DNA from: Candidatus Latescibacterota bacterium
Lineage (GTDB): Bacteria > Latescibacterota > UBA2968 > UBA8231
Reading direction: 5' to 3'
Assembly: GCA_964291625.2 (NCBI GenBank)
Contig: OZ220089.1
Coordinates: 2,176,001-2,240,000, forward strand
Length of the DNA: 64,000 nucleotides
In this document: in pieces, positions 57,164 to 64,000 of the stretch
Numbering within the stretch: position 1 is the first letter of the stretch
Layout of the letters: every line of letters starts with the position of its first letter
The notes under the pieces: generated by a model
Seen by the model: the letters and a program-made list of their open reading frames with translations, nothing else
What the model was told of the DNA's origin: nothing
The model's database searches: none
Translations under genes and position numbers: made by a program

Positions 57164-58510
57164 ATGCCCACAACCGTTGAAATACCCCTCGCTTCGGCCC
57201 TCGTGGAAGGCGGCACCGCCGAAGGCAGCCCCGGCAGCGGCGCGTCGATGGACAGGAAGATAAGCAGGCGGAGGTGGCCCCCGCGCAGGATCGCCGGGGC
57301 CGCCGGCGCCGGGCTCTTCGCCGTCTTCGCCGCCTGGGGCCTCCTCAAGGACAGCGGCGTGCGCAAGCTCAACGTCGACCGCGACCGGCTGACGATCTCC
57401 GAGGTCGTCCACGGCCCCTTTCAGGAGTACACCCCCGTGCGCGGCACCGTGCTGCCCATCCGCACCGTCTACCTCGACGCCCTCGAGAGCGGCCAGGTGC
57501 AGCGCCTCTTCGTCGAGGAAGGGACCAACGTGAAGGAGGGCGACCCGCTCCTGCGCCTGGCCAACCCCGAGCTCGAGCTGCACGTGCTGCGGCAGGAGTC
57601 CGAGCTGCAGCGCAAGATCGAGGACCTGCGCAACGGCCGCCTGACCATGGAGCAGAACCTGCTCAGCTCCCGGCAGCGACTGATGGAGATCGAGTACCAG
57701 GCGCAGATCGACCGCCGCAACTTCGAGCGCTACAGCTCCCTGTCGCGCGAGGATCTGGCGGCGATCATGCCCCTCCAGGACTACGAGAAGCTGCGCGACA
57801 ACTACGAGTTCCAGGCCCGCAAGCTCGCCCTCACCCGCGAGACCCACCGCCAGGACTCGCTGCTGGCCGTGGACCGGGTGGTGCAGGCCCGGGCGGCGGT
57901 GGAGCGCATGGAGCGCAACCTGGAGATCATCCGCCGGCGCCTCGACGACCTCACGGTGCGCGCCCCGGTCTCCGGGCAGCTCACCGCCCTCGCCGCCGAG
58001 ATCGGCGAGAGCAAGGGGTCGGGCACCCGCCTGGGCAAGATCGACATCGTCGACGGCTTCAAGGTGAGGGCCGCCATCGACGAGCACTACATCGCCCGCG
58101 TCGACCGCGGCCAGCGCGGCCAGTTCGACCACGACGGCACCCCCCTCGGCCTCGTGATCCGCAAGGTCTACCCGGAGGTCGAGGAGGGCCGCTTCGAGGT
58201 CGACCTCGTCTTCGAGGGCGACGCGCCGGAGGGCATCCGCCGCGGCCAGACCCTGCAGATCCGCCTGGAGCTGGGCGATCTCGAGGAGGCCATGCAGGTC
58301 GCCCGGGGCGGCTTCTACCAGGCCACCGGCGGCCACTGGGCCTACGTGCTGCAGCCGGCGGGGGACCGCGCCCTGAAACGGGACATCCGCCTCGGCCGCC
58401 AGAACCCCAAGGTCTACGAGGTGCTGGAGGGACTGCAGCCCGGGGAGCGCGTCATCACCTCCGGCTACGAGAGCTTCGGCGAGGACATGGACGTCCTCGT
58501 CCTCAAGTGA
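57164..58510 (+). CDS. Periplasmic adaptor / membrane-fusion protein (MacA/HlyD family)
   Basis: MDRKI.. then TM helix, GQVQRLFVEEG..VK.GD.L..L lipoyl half-motif, coiled coil, VRAPVSG, EVLEGLQPGERVI; start 57164 or 57248. Confidence 0.9.
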   Translation: MPTTVEIPLASALVEGGTAEGSPGSGASMDRKISRRRWPPRRIAGAAGAGLFAVFAAWGLLKDSGVRKLNVDRDRLTISEVVHGPFQEYTPVRGTVLPIRTVYLDALESGQVQRLFVEEGTNVKEGDPLLRLANPELELHVLRQESELQRKIEDLRNGRLTMEQNLLSSRQRLMEIEYQAQIDRRNFERYSSLSREDLAAIMPLQDYEKLRDNYEFQARKLALTRETHRQDSLLAVDRVVQARAAVERMERNLEIIRRRLDDLTVRAPVSGQLTALAAEIGESKGSGTRLGKIDIVDGFKVRAAIDEHYIARVDRGQRGQFDHDGTPLGLVIRKVYPEVEEGRFEVDLVFEGDAPEGIRRGQTLQIRLELGDLEEAMQVARGGFYQATGGHWAYVLQPAGDRALKRDIRLGRQNPKVYEVLEGLQPGERVITSGYESFGEDMDVLVLK

Positions 58511-58548
58511 CCCACGGAACCAGAACCCATACAGAGGGAGAAGAGACG

Positions 58549-59277
58549 ATGACGGACGAAAACAGCAACGGCAACGGCAGGGAGTCGCTGATCCGGACCC
58601 AGGGACTGCGCAAGCTCTTCACCACCGAGGAGGTGGAGACCACGGCCCTGGACAACGTCAACATCGAGATCCACGAGGGCGAGTTCGTGGCCATCATGGG
58701 TCCCTCGGGATGCGGCAAGTCGACGCTGCTGAACCTCCTCGGCCTGCTCGACAACCCGACGGACGGGGAGTACTGGCTGTGCGGGGAGGAGGTGGCCTCG
58801 TACTCCGAGCGCAACCGCGCCAACCTGCGCAAGGGGACGATCGGCTTCGTCTTCCAGAGCTTCAACCTCATCGACGAGCTCACCGTGTACGAGAACGTGG
58901 AACTGCCCCTGCTCTACCTGGGCCTGCCCGCCGGGGAGCGGCGGCAACGCGTCGCCGAGGCCCTCGACCAGGTGCAGATCGCCCACCGGGAGAAGCACTT
59001 CCCGCAGCAGCTCTCCGGCGGCCAGCAGCAGCGGGTGGCCGTGGCCCGCGCCGTCGTCGCCAAACCCCGGCTGATCCTCGCCGACGAGCCCACGGGCAAC
59101 CTCGACTCCCGCCACGGCGACGAGGTGATGGCCATGCTCACGGAGCTGAACGAGTCCGACACGACCATCGTCATGGTCACCCACTCGCCGGCCTACGCCG
59201 ACCACGCCCACCGGATCATCCACCTCTTCGACGGCCGCGTGGTGACCGAGAACATCATCCAGGAACGGGGGCTCTGA
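58549..59277 (+). CDS. ABC ATP-binding protein (MacB/LolD family)
   Basis: [41 protein letters not shown]. Confidence 0.95.
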   Translation: MTDENSNGNGRESLIRTQGLRKLFTTEEVETTALDNVNIEIHEGEFVAIMGPSGCGKSTLLNLLGLLDNPTDGEYWLCGEEVASYSERNRANLRKGTIGFVFQSFNLIDELTVYENVELPLLYLGLPAGERRQRVAEALDQVQIAHREKHFPQQLSGGQQQRVAVARAVVAKPRLILADEPTGNLDSRHGDEVMAMLTELNESDTTIVMVTHSPAYADHAHRIIHLFDGRVVTENIIQERGL

Positions 59278-59375
59278 GCCGAGAGGGCGTTGCGGCGACC
59301 GGGCCGGCCATGACTTGCCGGCCCCGGGATCGCCCGTAGATTCCTCCCGCACCCGGCGGCAGCGTGCTGTCGCCT

Positions 59376-59409
59376 CAAGGGCCGCTCTTCGGAGTGGCCC
59401 TTGCTTTTT
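59376..59409 (+). terminator. Intrinsic terminator hairpin (copy 2)
   Basis: CAAGGGCCGCTC-TTCG-GAGTGGCCCTTG-CTTTTT downstream of the ATPase. Confidence 0.85.
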
Positions 59410-59458
59410 GGTTGCGCCTGCGCAGCATGAGCAGGCCTCGCTGATCCCCTGGCTCCCT

Positions 59459-60697
59459 TTGCGAACCCTCCGATCGATTGCGCGACTCCCGGCGCTCGCC
59501 GGCACCCTGTGGGCCTGCTCGGGCACCGCATGGGCTGAAGGGCCCGCCTTGATCGACTCGCTGCTGCGCGCGAATCCCGTCTGCGCACCCTTCCTGGCCG
59601 AGGTGGAGCGGCACGAGCTGCAGATCCTCTACACCCAGATCGACCGCGGCGCCGGCAACCGGCCCCGCTTCACCCGCCACCGCTACCGGGTCGATCCCGA
59701 CGCCTACTTCTACCCCGCCAGCGCCATCAAGCTGGCCGGCGCCCTGCTGGCCCTGGAGAAGCTGAACCGCCTCGGGCTCTCCCGGGACGAGGCGGTCCGC
59801 ATCGACAGCGCCTACAGCCGCCAGAGTTCAGTGCACCAGGACTCCACCGCCCCCGGCGGGCGGCCCACCATCGCCCACTACATCCGCAAGCTCTTCGCCG
59901 TCAGCGACAACGACGCCTACAACCGCCTCTACGAGTTCCTCGGGCAGCATCGCCTGAACGAGGGCCTGTGGCAGAAGGGGTACGAGGACGCACGGTTGAC
60001 CCACCGCCTGGCGGTGGCGAGGTCCGCCGAGGAGAACCGCCGCACCAACCCCTTCACCTTCTATCGGGGAGACCAGGTCCTCCACCGCCAGCCGATGCTG
60101 GTGAATCCCCACACCTGGCGCTCCCCCGGGCCGATCCTCAAGGGAGAGGGACACATCCGCGGCGGCGAGCTGGTCGAGGCGCCGAAGGACTTCGCCGGAT
60201 CGAACTACATGTCGGTGGAGGTGCTGCAGGACCTGCTGGTGGCCGCGCTCTTCCCCGATACCCGGCCCGCCTACAGGCGCTTCGACCTGAGGGCCGACGA
60301 CCACGCCTTCCTGCACCGGTGCATGTCCATGCTGCCCCGGGAGTGCCCCCACCCGACATACGACCCGGAGAAGTACTACGACAGCTACGTGAAGTTCTTC
60401 CTCTTCGGCGACAGCAAAGACCCCATGCCCGCGAACGTGCGGATCTTCAACAAGGTGGGTCTCGCCTACGGCTACATGGTCGACAACGCCTATGTCGTCG
60501 ACCTGGAGGCGAACGTGGAGTTCCTCCTGACCGCGGTCCTGCTGGTCAACGAGAACGGGATCTTCAACGACGGGGTGTACGAGTACGACGAGGTGGGGTT
60601 CCCCTTCCTGGCCGAGCTGGGAAGGGTGATCTACGAGTACGAGTTGCAGCGCGAGCGGACGCACGCGCCCGACCTGAGCCGGTGGAGGCTGGACTGA
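59459..60697 (+). CDS. Serine hydrolase of the class A beta-lactamase-like family, probably exported
   Basis: FYPASAIK (SxxK), SDN and NKVG motifs; start uncertain (in-frame TTG 59459; the ORF-track start would cross the terminator). Confidence 0.75.
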   Translation: MRTLRSIARLPALAGTLWACSGTAWAEGPALIDSLLRANPVCAPFLAEVERHELQILYTQIDRGAGNRPRFTRHRYRVDPDAYFYPASAIKLAGALLALEKLNRLGLSRDEAVRIDSAYSRQSSVHQDSTAPGGRPTIAHYIRKLFAVSDNDAYNRLYEFLGQHRLNEGLWQKGYEDARLTHRLAVARSAEENRRTNPFTFYRGDQVLHRQPMLVNPHTWRSPGPILKGEGHIRGGELVEAPKDFAGSNYMSVEVLQDLLVAALFPDTRPAYRRFDLRADDHAFLHRCMSMLPRECPHPTYDPEKYYDSYVKFFLFGDSKDPMPANVRIFNKVGLAYGYMVDNAYVVDLEANVEFLLTAVLLVNENGIFNDGVYEYDEVGFPFLAELGRVIYEYELQRERTHAPDLSRWRLD

Positions 60698-60709
60698 GGC
60701 GGCGCGGGG

Positions 60710-61195
60710 CTATCCCTCCCGCAGCCCGTGCCAGTTCCCGCCTTCGAACCAGCCCATGAAATAGAGGCGGTCCTCCTCGCCGGCGATCGACTCGCCCGCA
60801 GCCTTCGCCTGCTCCCTGGCCTGACGCGCTGAATCGAGATCTCCCCTCGCCGCGTGGGCCCTGGCCAGCGCGTCGCAGGCGAAGGCCCGGTCCCAATCGG
60901 CCATCTCTTCCGGGTGGCCCTCCACCAGCTCCAGGTAGCGGCGGGCGTGGCGCAGGGCCGCCTCTCCCAACCCTGCCGCCGCATAGACGCTGGCCACGGC
61001 GAACTCGCCCCTGCCGTGGTTGGCGGCGGTCCCCACTTGCATCCAGTGCCAGCAGCTGGCGTGGGCGGCGTGGATGTGTGACTCGGCGGTCTCGGGCGTC
61101 ACCCGCCCGGCCTCCAGCGCGTCCATGGTGCGGTTGTTCAGCTCGATGCCGAACCAGCGGTGGGCGCTGTCCTGATCGAAGGGTGATTCGGCCAT
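60710..61195 (-). CDS. Conserved hypothetical helical protein
   Basis: MAESPFDQDSAHRWFGIELNN...AHASCWHW...DWDRAFACDALARA; start overlaps the upstream stop. Confidence 0.7.
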   Translation of the reverse strand: MAESPFDQDSAHRWFGIELNNRTMDALEAGRVTPETAESHIHAAHASCWHWMQVGTAANHGRGEFAVASVYAAAGLGEAALRHARRYLELVEGHPEEMADWDRAFACDALARAHAARGDLDSARQAREQAKAAGESIAGEEDRLYFMGWFEGGNWHGLREG

Positions 61196-62031
61196 CACGT
61201 ATACCCCCCCACCCCCAGCAGCATCCGCGCCTCGAAGTCCGCATCCTCCAGGAAGCCCCGCGTCAGGCCGTCCTCCGGCTGCGGACCGCTGTGCGGCGAG
61301 GCCCGCAGCCATGACGGGGTGTAGCTGAGGATCAGCATGCGGCGCTTCGCCCTCAGCGTCGGCAGGCCGCGGTGCCAGAGGTTGCCGTGGATGAGCACGG
61401 CGCCGCCGGCCCTGACGCGCAGTTCCACCTCCCCGGCCGCGGGTTCGTAGCTGCGCGGCGAGGGGCGGTCCAGCCAGGTGTGCGACTCCGGCACCACGGC
61501 GACGGCCCCCGTGTCGTCGTTCAGGTCGTCGAGGTAGATCAGGCAGTCGATGCAGTGGGGCTGCGAGAACCAGGGCGGCCGCGGGTCGGAGATCACCCGC
61601 AGGTGCTGGTGCCAGGGCGTCCGGTGCGGGTGCTCGCGGCCGGGGTAGCTGATGCGGGCGCTCAGCCCCCGCAGGCGCACCAGCGGCCCCATCATCGCCT
61701 GGGCGATCGACAGCAGGGGCCGGAACTTCAGCAGCTCCAGGAAGGCCTCGTCCTTGTCCATCAGGTGCCGCGGGATGAATCCCCAGCTCTGCTTCCCCGC
61801 GGTGGCGCGGTCCCGCTTCTCCCCCTCGCGCTCCTCGAGGCGGTCGAGGGCGTCCCGAAGCCGCTCCAGGGCCTCGCCCTCGAAGAGTCCCTCCCGCACG
61901 AGGTAGCCGGACCGCGCGAAGGCCCGCAACTCCTCGGGCTCCGCGTGCACCTCCACCTCCCAGCGGCTCCCGGTCTCCGTGTCGGGGTTGTGGTTGTTCA
62001 GCACCTCGTAGTGAATCGTGTGCGGTTGCAT
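61195..62031 (-). CDS. PhyH-family dioxygenase-like protein
   Basis: F...GYLV, WHQH, LIYLDD....G...VVPESH, GNLWHRG, R.M.IL.Y. Confidence 0.8.
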   Translation of the reverse strand: MQPHTIHYEVLNNHNPDTETGSRWEVEVHAEPEELRAFARSGYLVREGLFEGEALERLRDALDRLEEREGEKRDRATAGKQSWGFIPRHLMDKDEAFLELLKFRPLLSIAQAMMGPLVRLRGLSARISYPGREHPHRTPWHQHLRVISDPRPPWFSQPHCIDCLIYLDDLNDDTGAVAVVPESHTWLDRPSPRSYEPAAGEVELRVRAGGAVLIHGNLWHRGLPTLRAKRRMLILSYTPSWLRASPHSGPQPEDGLTRGFLEDADFEARMLLGVGGYT

Positions 62032-62032
62032 G

Positions 62033-63163
62033 TCAGCTCTCCTCGACGACGGCGGCCTCGATGCCGCGGTGGCCGTCGGCGTAGTGGTGCCAGTAGACGA
62101 CGAGCACGGATCCGTCCTCGCGCTCCACGGACCAGGGGTAGCCGCAGTCGGGGCTGAGCCCGCCGGCCTCGATGACGAACTCCGGCGCCGTCTCCAGGTC
62201 CGTGGCCTCGGGGTCGAGGACCCGGCCGGTGCAGCCCCGTCGGCCTTCCCAGCGGGTGCCGACGGTGAGGAAGATGCGGCCGTCCCCCAGGCCGAGCAGG
62301 TGGGCCGGGCTGCCGTGGATGCGGGTCGGGCGCCAGGGCGTCCAGGTGGCGCCGTCGTCGTCGGACTCGACGAGGGCCAGGAGGCGGTTGAGGAACTGGG
62401 GGTCCCGCGCGGTGGGGCCGTCGAAGCCCTGGTCCCGGAGGATGCCGGGGCCCAGGGCCCCCGGGTGGCAGCGGAAGAGGACGAGGATGCGCCCCGAGGG
62501 CGTGCGGTGGATCGCCGGCTCGCTGAAGTGGGCGACGTCGTCCTCGGCGATGCGGCCGCCGTACTCCCAGGTCTCGCCCAGGTCGCGGGAGACGCGCAGC
62601 ATGCCGAAGCAGGGGAAGGCGCCGCCGGGCCGGTCGGTCGCCTTGCTCGGCAGCAGCAGGCGGCCGTCGGGCAGGGCCAGCAGCCCGCTGCGGCAGACGC
62701 CGGAGTGCTGGGCCGGGTGGCCCCAGACGGCGTCCGGCAGGGGCGGGAACCGCCGCGGCGCCGTCCAGGTACGGCCGTCGTCCCGGGAGCGCACCCAGAA
62801 GGGCTTCCCCGGCCGCGAGACCCAGCGCTTGCCGTGTTCCTCCTCCCCCTCGGGGACCAGCTCGTTGCAGGAGGCGTGCAGGAACAGGCTGCCGTCGGGA
62901 AGGGCGTGCAGGCCGCGGTCCATGACCCCGCCCATGGGGTCGGCGGTCACCAGGGCCGCCTCGCTCCAGGTGCGGCCGTCGTCGGCGGAGCGGCAGGCGA
63001 GGACCTGGAAGAGGGGATGCTCGTGGTGGGCGTAGCCGAGGTGGGGGGCGCGCTGGAAGCTGGCCAGCAGGTCGCCGCCCGGGGTGCGGGTCACCGTGGG
63101 GGCGAGGGCGTACATGCCGGCCTCGTGGTAGACGGTGACGCGATCGGTGACCTGCCAGGTCAC
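62033..63163 (-). CDS. Sialidase-family (Asp-box/BNR repeat) glycoside hydrolase
   Basis: Four Asp boxes (SADDGRTW, SRDDGRTW, SRDLGETW, SDDDGATW), SEP and DCGYP; no signal peptide. Confidence 0.82.
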   Translation of the reverse strand: MTWQVTDRVTVYHEAGMYALAPTVTRTPGGDLLASFQRAPHLGYAHHEHPLFQVLACRSADDGRTWSEAALVTADPMGGVMDRGLHALPDGSLFLHASCNELVPEGEEEHGKRWVSRPGKPFWVRSRDDGRTWTAPRRFPPLPDAVWGHPAQHSGVCRSGLLALPDGRLLLPSKATDRPGGAFPCFGMLRVSRDLGETWEYGGRIAEDDVAHFSEPAIHRTPSGRILVLFRCHPGALGPGILRDQGFDGPTARDPQFLNRLLALVESDDDGATWTPWRPTRIHGSPAHLLGLGDGRIFLTVGTRWEGRRGCTGRVLDPEATDLETAPEFVIEAGGLSPDCGYPWSVEREDGSVLVVYWHHYADGHRGIEAAVVEES

Positions 63164-63714
63164 GGCTGCATCCCGAGGATCACGGTGTCGGCGTAGCTCC
63201 CGTCCTCGAACCGGATGTCCCGGGCGGAGCGGCCCTCCTCGACGAATCCGTGCTTCCGGTAGAGGGCGATCGCCGCTTCGCTGGTGGAGAACACGAACAG
63301 CCCCAGCTTCTCGATCTGTTGTGAAGCGCGGGCCCAGTCGACGAGGGCTTCCATGAGGGCGTCGGCGACGCCGCTCCCGCGGCGGTCCCGGCAGACCCAG
63401 ACGGAGTGCACGTCGGCGAAGTGGGCCGTGCGCCGGAAGCCGCCCTCCTCGGCTCGGGCCGTGCCCACGATCCGCGAGCCATCGCAGGCGACCAGATAGA
63501 GGGAGCCGCCGGCGGCGTTGAGGCGGTCGATCTCCCCGGCTTCGTCCTCGGCCTCGGGCTGCCGCTCGCCGGCCCGGACCAGGGTCCAGCGCCCCTCGGC
63601 GATGATCTCCCGGTAGAGGTTCGCGAGGCCTTCCGCGTCTTCCCGCTGCGCGGAGCGGATCACCGCCCGGCCGCCGTCGCGCAGGGCGCGGGTCCGTGGC
63701 TCGAGGATCGACAT
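63160..63714 (-). CDS. GNAT family N-acetyltransferase
   Basis: RRGSGVA acetyl-CoA motif, AIALYRKHGFVEEG. Confidence 0.88.
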   Translation of the reverse strand: MSILEPRTRALRDGGRAVIRSAQREDAEGLANLYREIIAEGRWTLVRAGERQPEAEDEAGEIDRLNAAGGSLYLVACDGSRIVGTARAEEGGFRRTAHFADVHSVWVCRDRRGSGVADALMEALVDWARASQQIEKLGLFVFSTSEAAIALYRKHGFVEEGRSARDIRFEDGSYADTVILGMQP

Positions 63715-63898
63715 GGCTTACGGGCCGGTGTCCGTGCCTTGCGGACGATCGGCGGCGAGTCTGCAGGGCTCGACGAAGAGCATGCGTGCAATATACCTCC
63801 TGGCGGCAGCCTTCCCCCGCACCGGGGCGGCCCGTCTTCGTATTCTACCGCACCGGATGCGGTTCCCCCGATCACATGCGGCGATCCTGACTGGCTTG

Positions 63899-64000
63899 AT
63901 GATGGCGGCCGACACAGACGCGGACGAACGCCTGGCAGCGGCCGTGCAGCCCGTCCTGGCCCTGTCCGAGGCGGAGATGCTCGCCCTGATCCCCGAACGG
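63899..64000 (+). CDS. 5' end of a gene running out of the window
   Basis: Open frame MMAADTDADERLAAAVQPVLALSEAEMLALIPER with GC3-rich codons to the window edge. Confidence 0.5.
   Translation, partial: MMAADTDADERLAAAVQPVLALSEAEMLALIPER

Noticed and set aside
59459-60697. Bona fide antibiotic-resistance beta-lactamase
   Set aside because: Only fold-level SxxK/SDN/KxG motifs are visible; length and spacing differ from class A enzymes, so activity cannot be claimed

Overview
GC-rich bacterial DNA. The gene repertoire (PhyH dioxygenases, sulfatase, Asp-box sialidase, FlgD-Ig remnant, Bacteroidota-like sigma-54 transport module) suggests an FCB-type organism such as Latescibacterota or Gemmatimonadota; this taxonomy is inference only. 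Bases 1-20 kb hold carbohydrate and housekeeping genes: GH4, Smr, PhyH-HEAT, aldehyde dehydrogenase, two paralogous oxidoreductase-like genes, MBL-cupin, transketolase-like, cyclophilin, EamA, EndoQ-UvrD, sulfatase and an epimerase. The main feature is a ~39 kb locus (20.2-59.4 kb) with 12 same-strand MacB/FtsX-type duplicated ABC permease genes: 8 intact, 1 with an aberrant C-terminus, 2 frameshifted and 1 scrambled. The locus has only one membrane-fusion protein, one intact and one 5'-truncated ATPase, a secreted CBM9-like protein, an NtrC-family regulator/kinase pair and a stand-alone receiver protein. I read four sigma-54 (-24/-12) promoters in it, each preceded 93-105 bp upstream by the palindrome TGT(C/A)C-N6-GGACA, which points to a self-contained regulon. 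Permease membrane segments are homogenised while the periplasmic domains are diversified, including long inserts at one loop. Two toxin-antitoxin modules have each lost the toxin by internal deletion and kept the antitoxin. No rRNA, tRNA, CRISPR array, transposase or reverse transcriptase was recognised. All calls are by eye; no searches were run.
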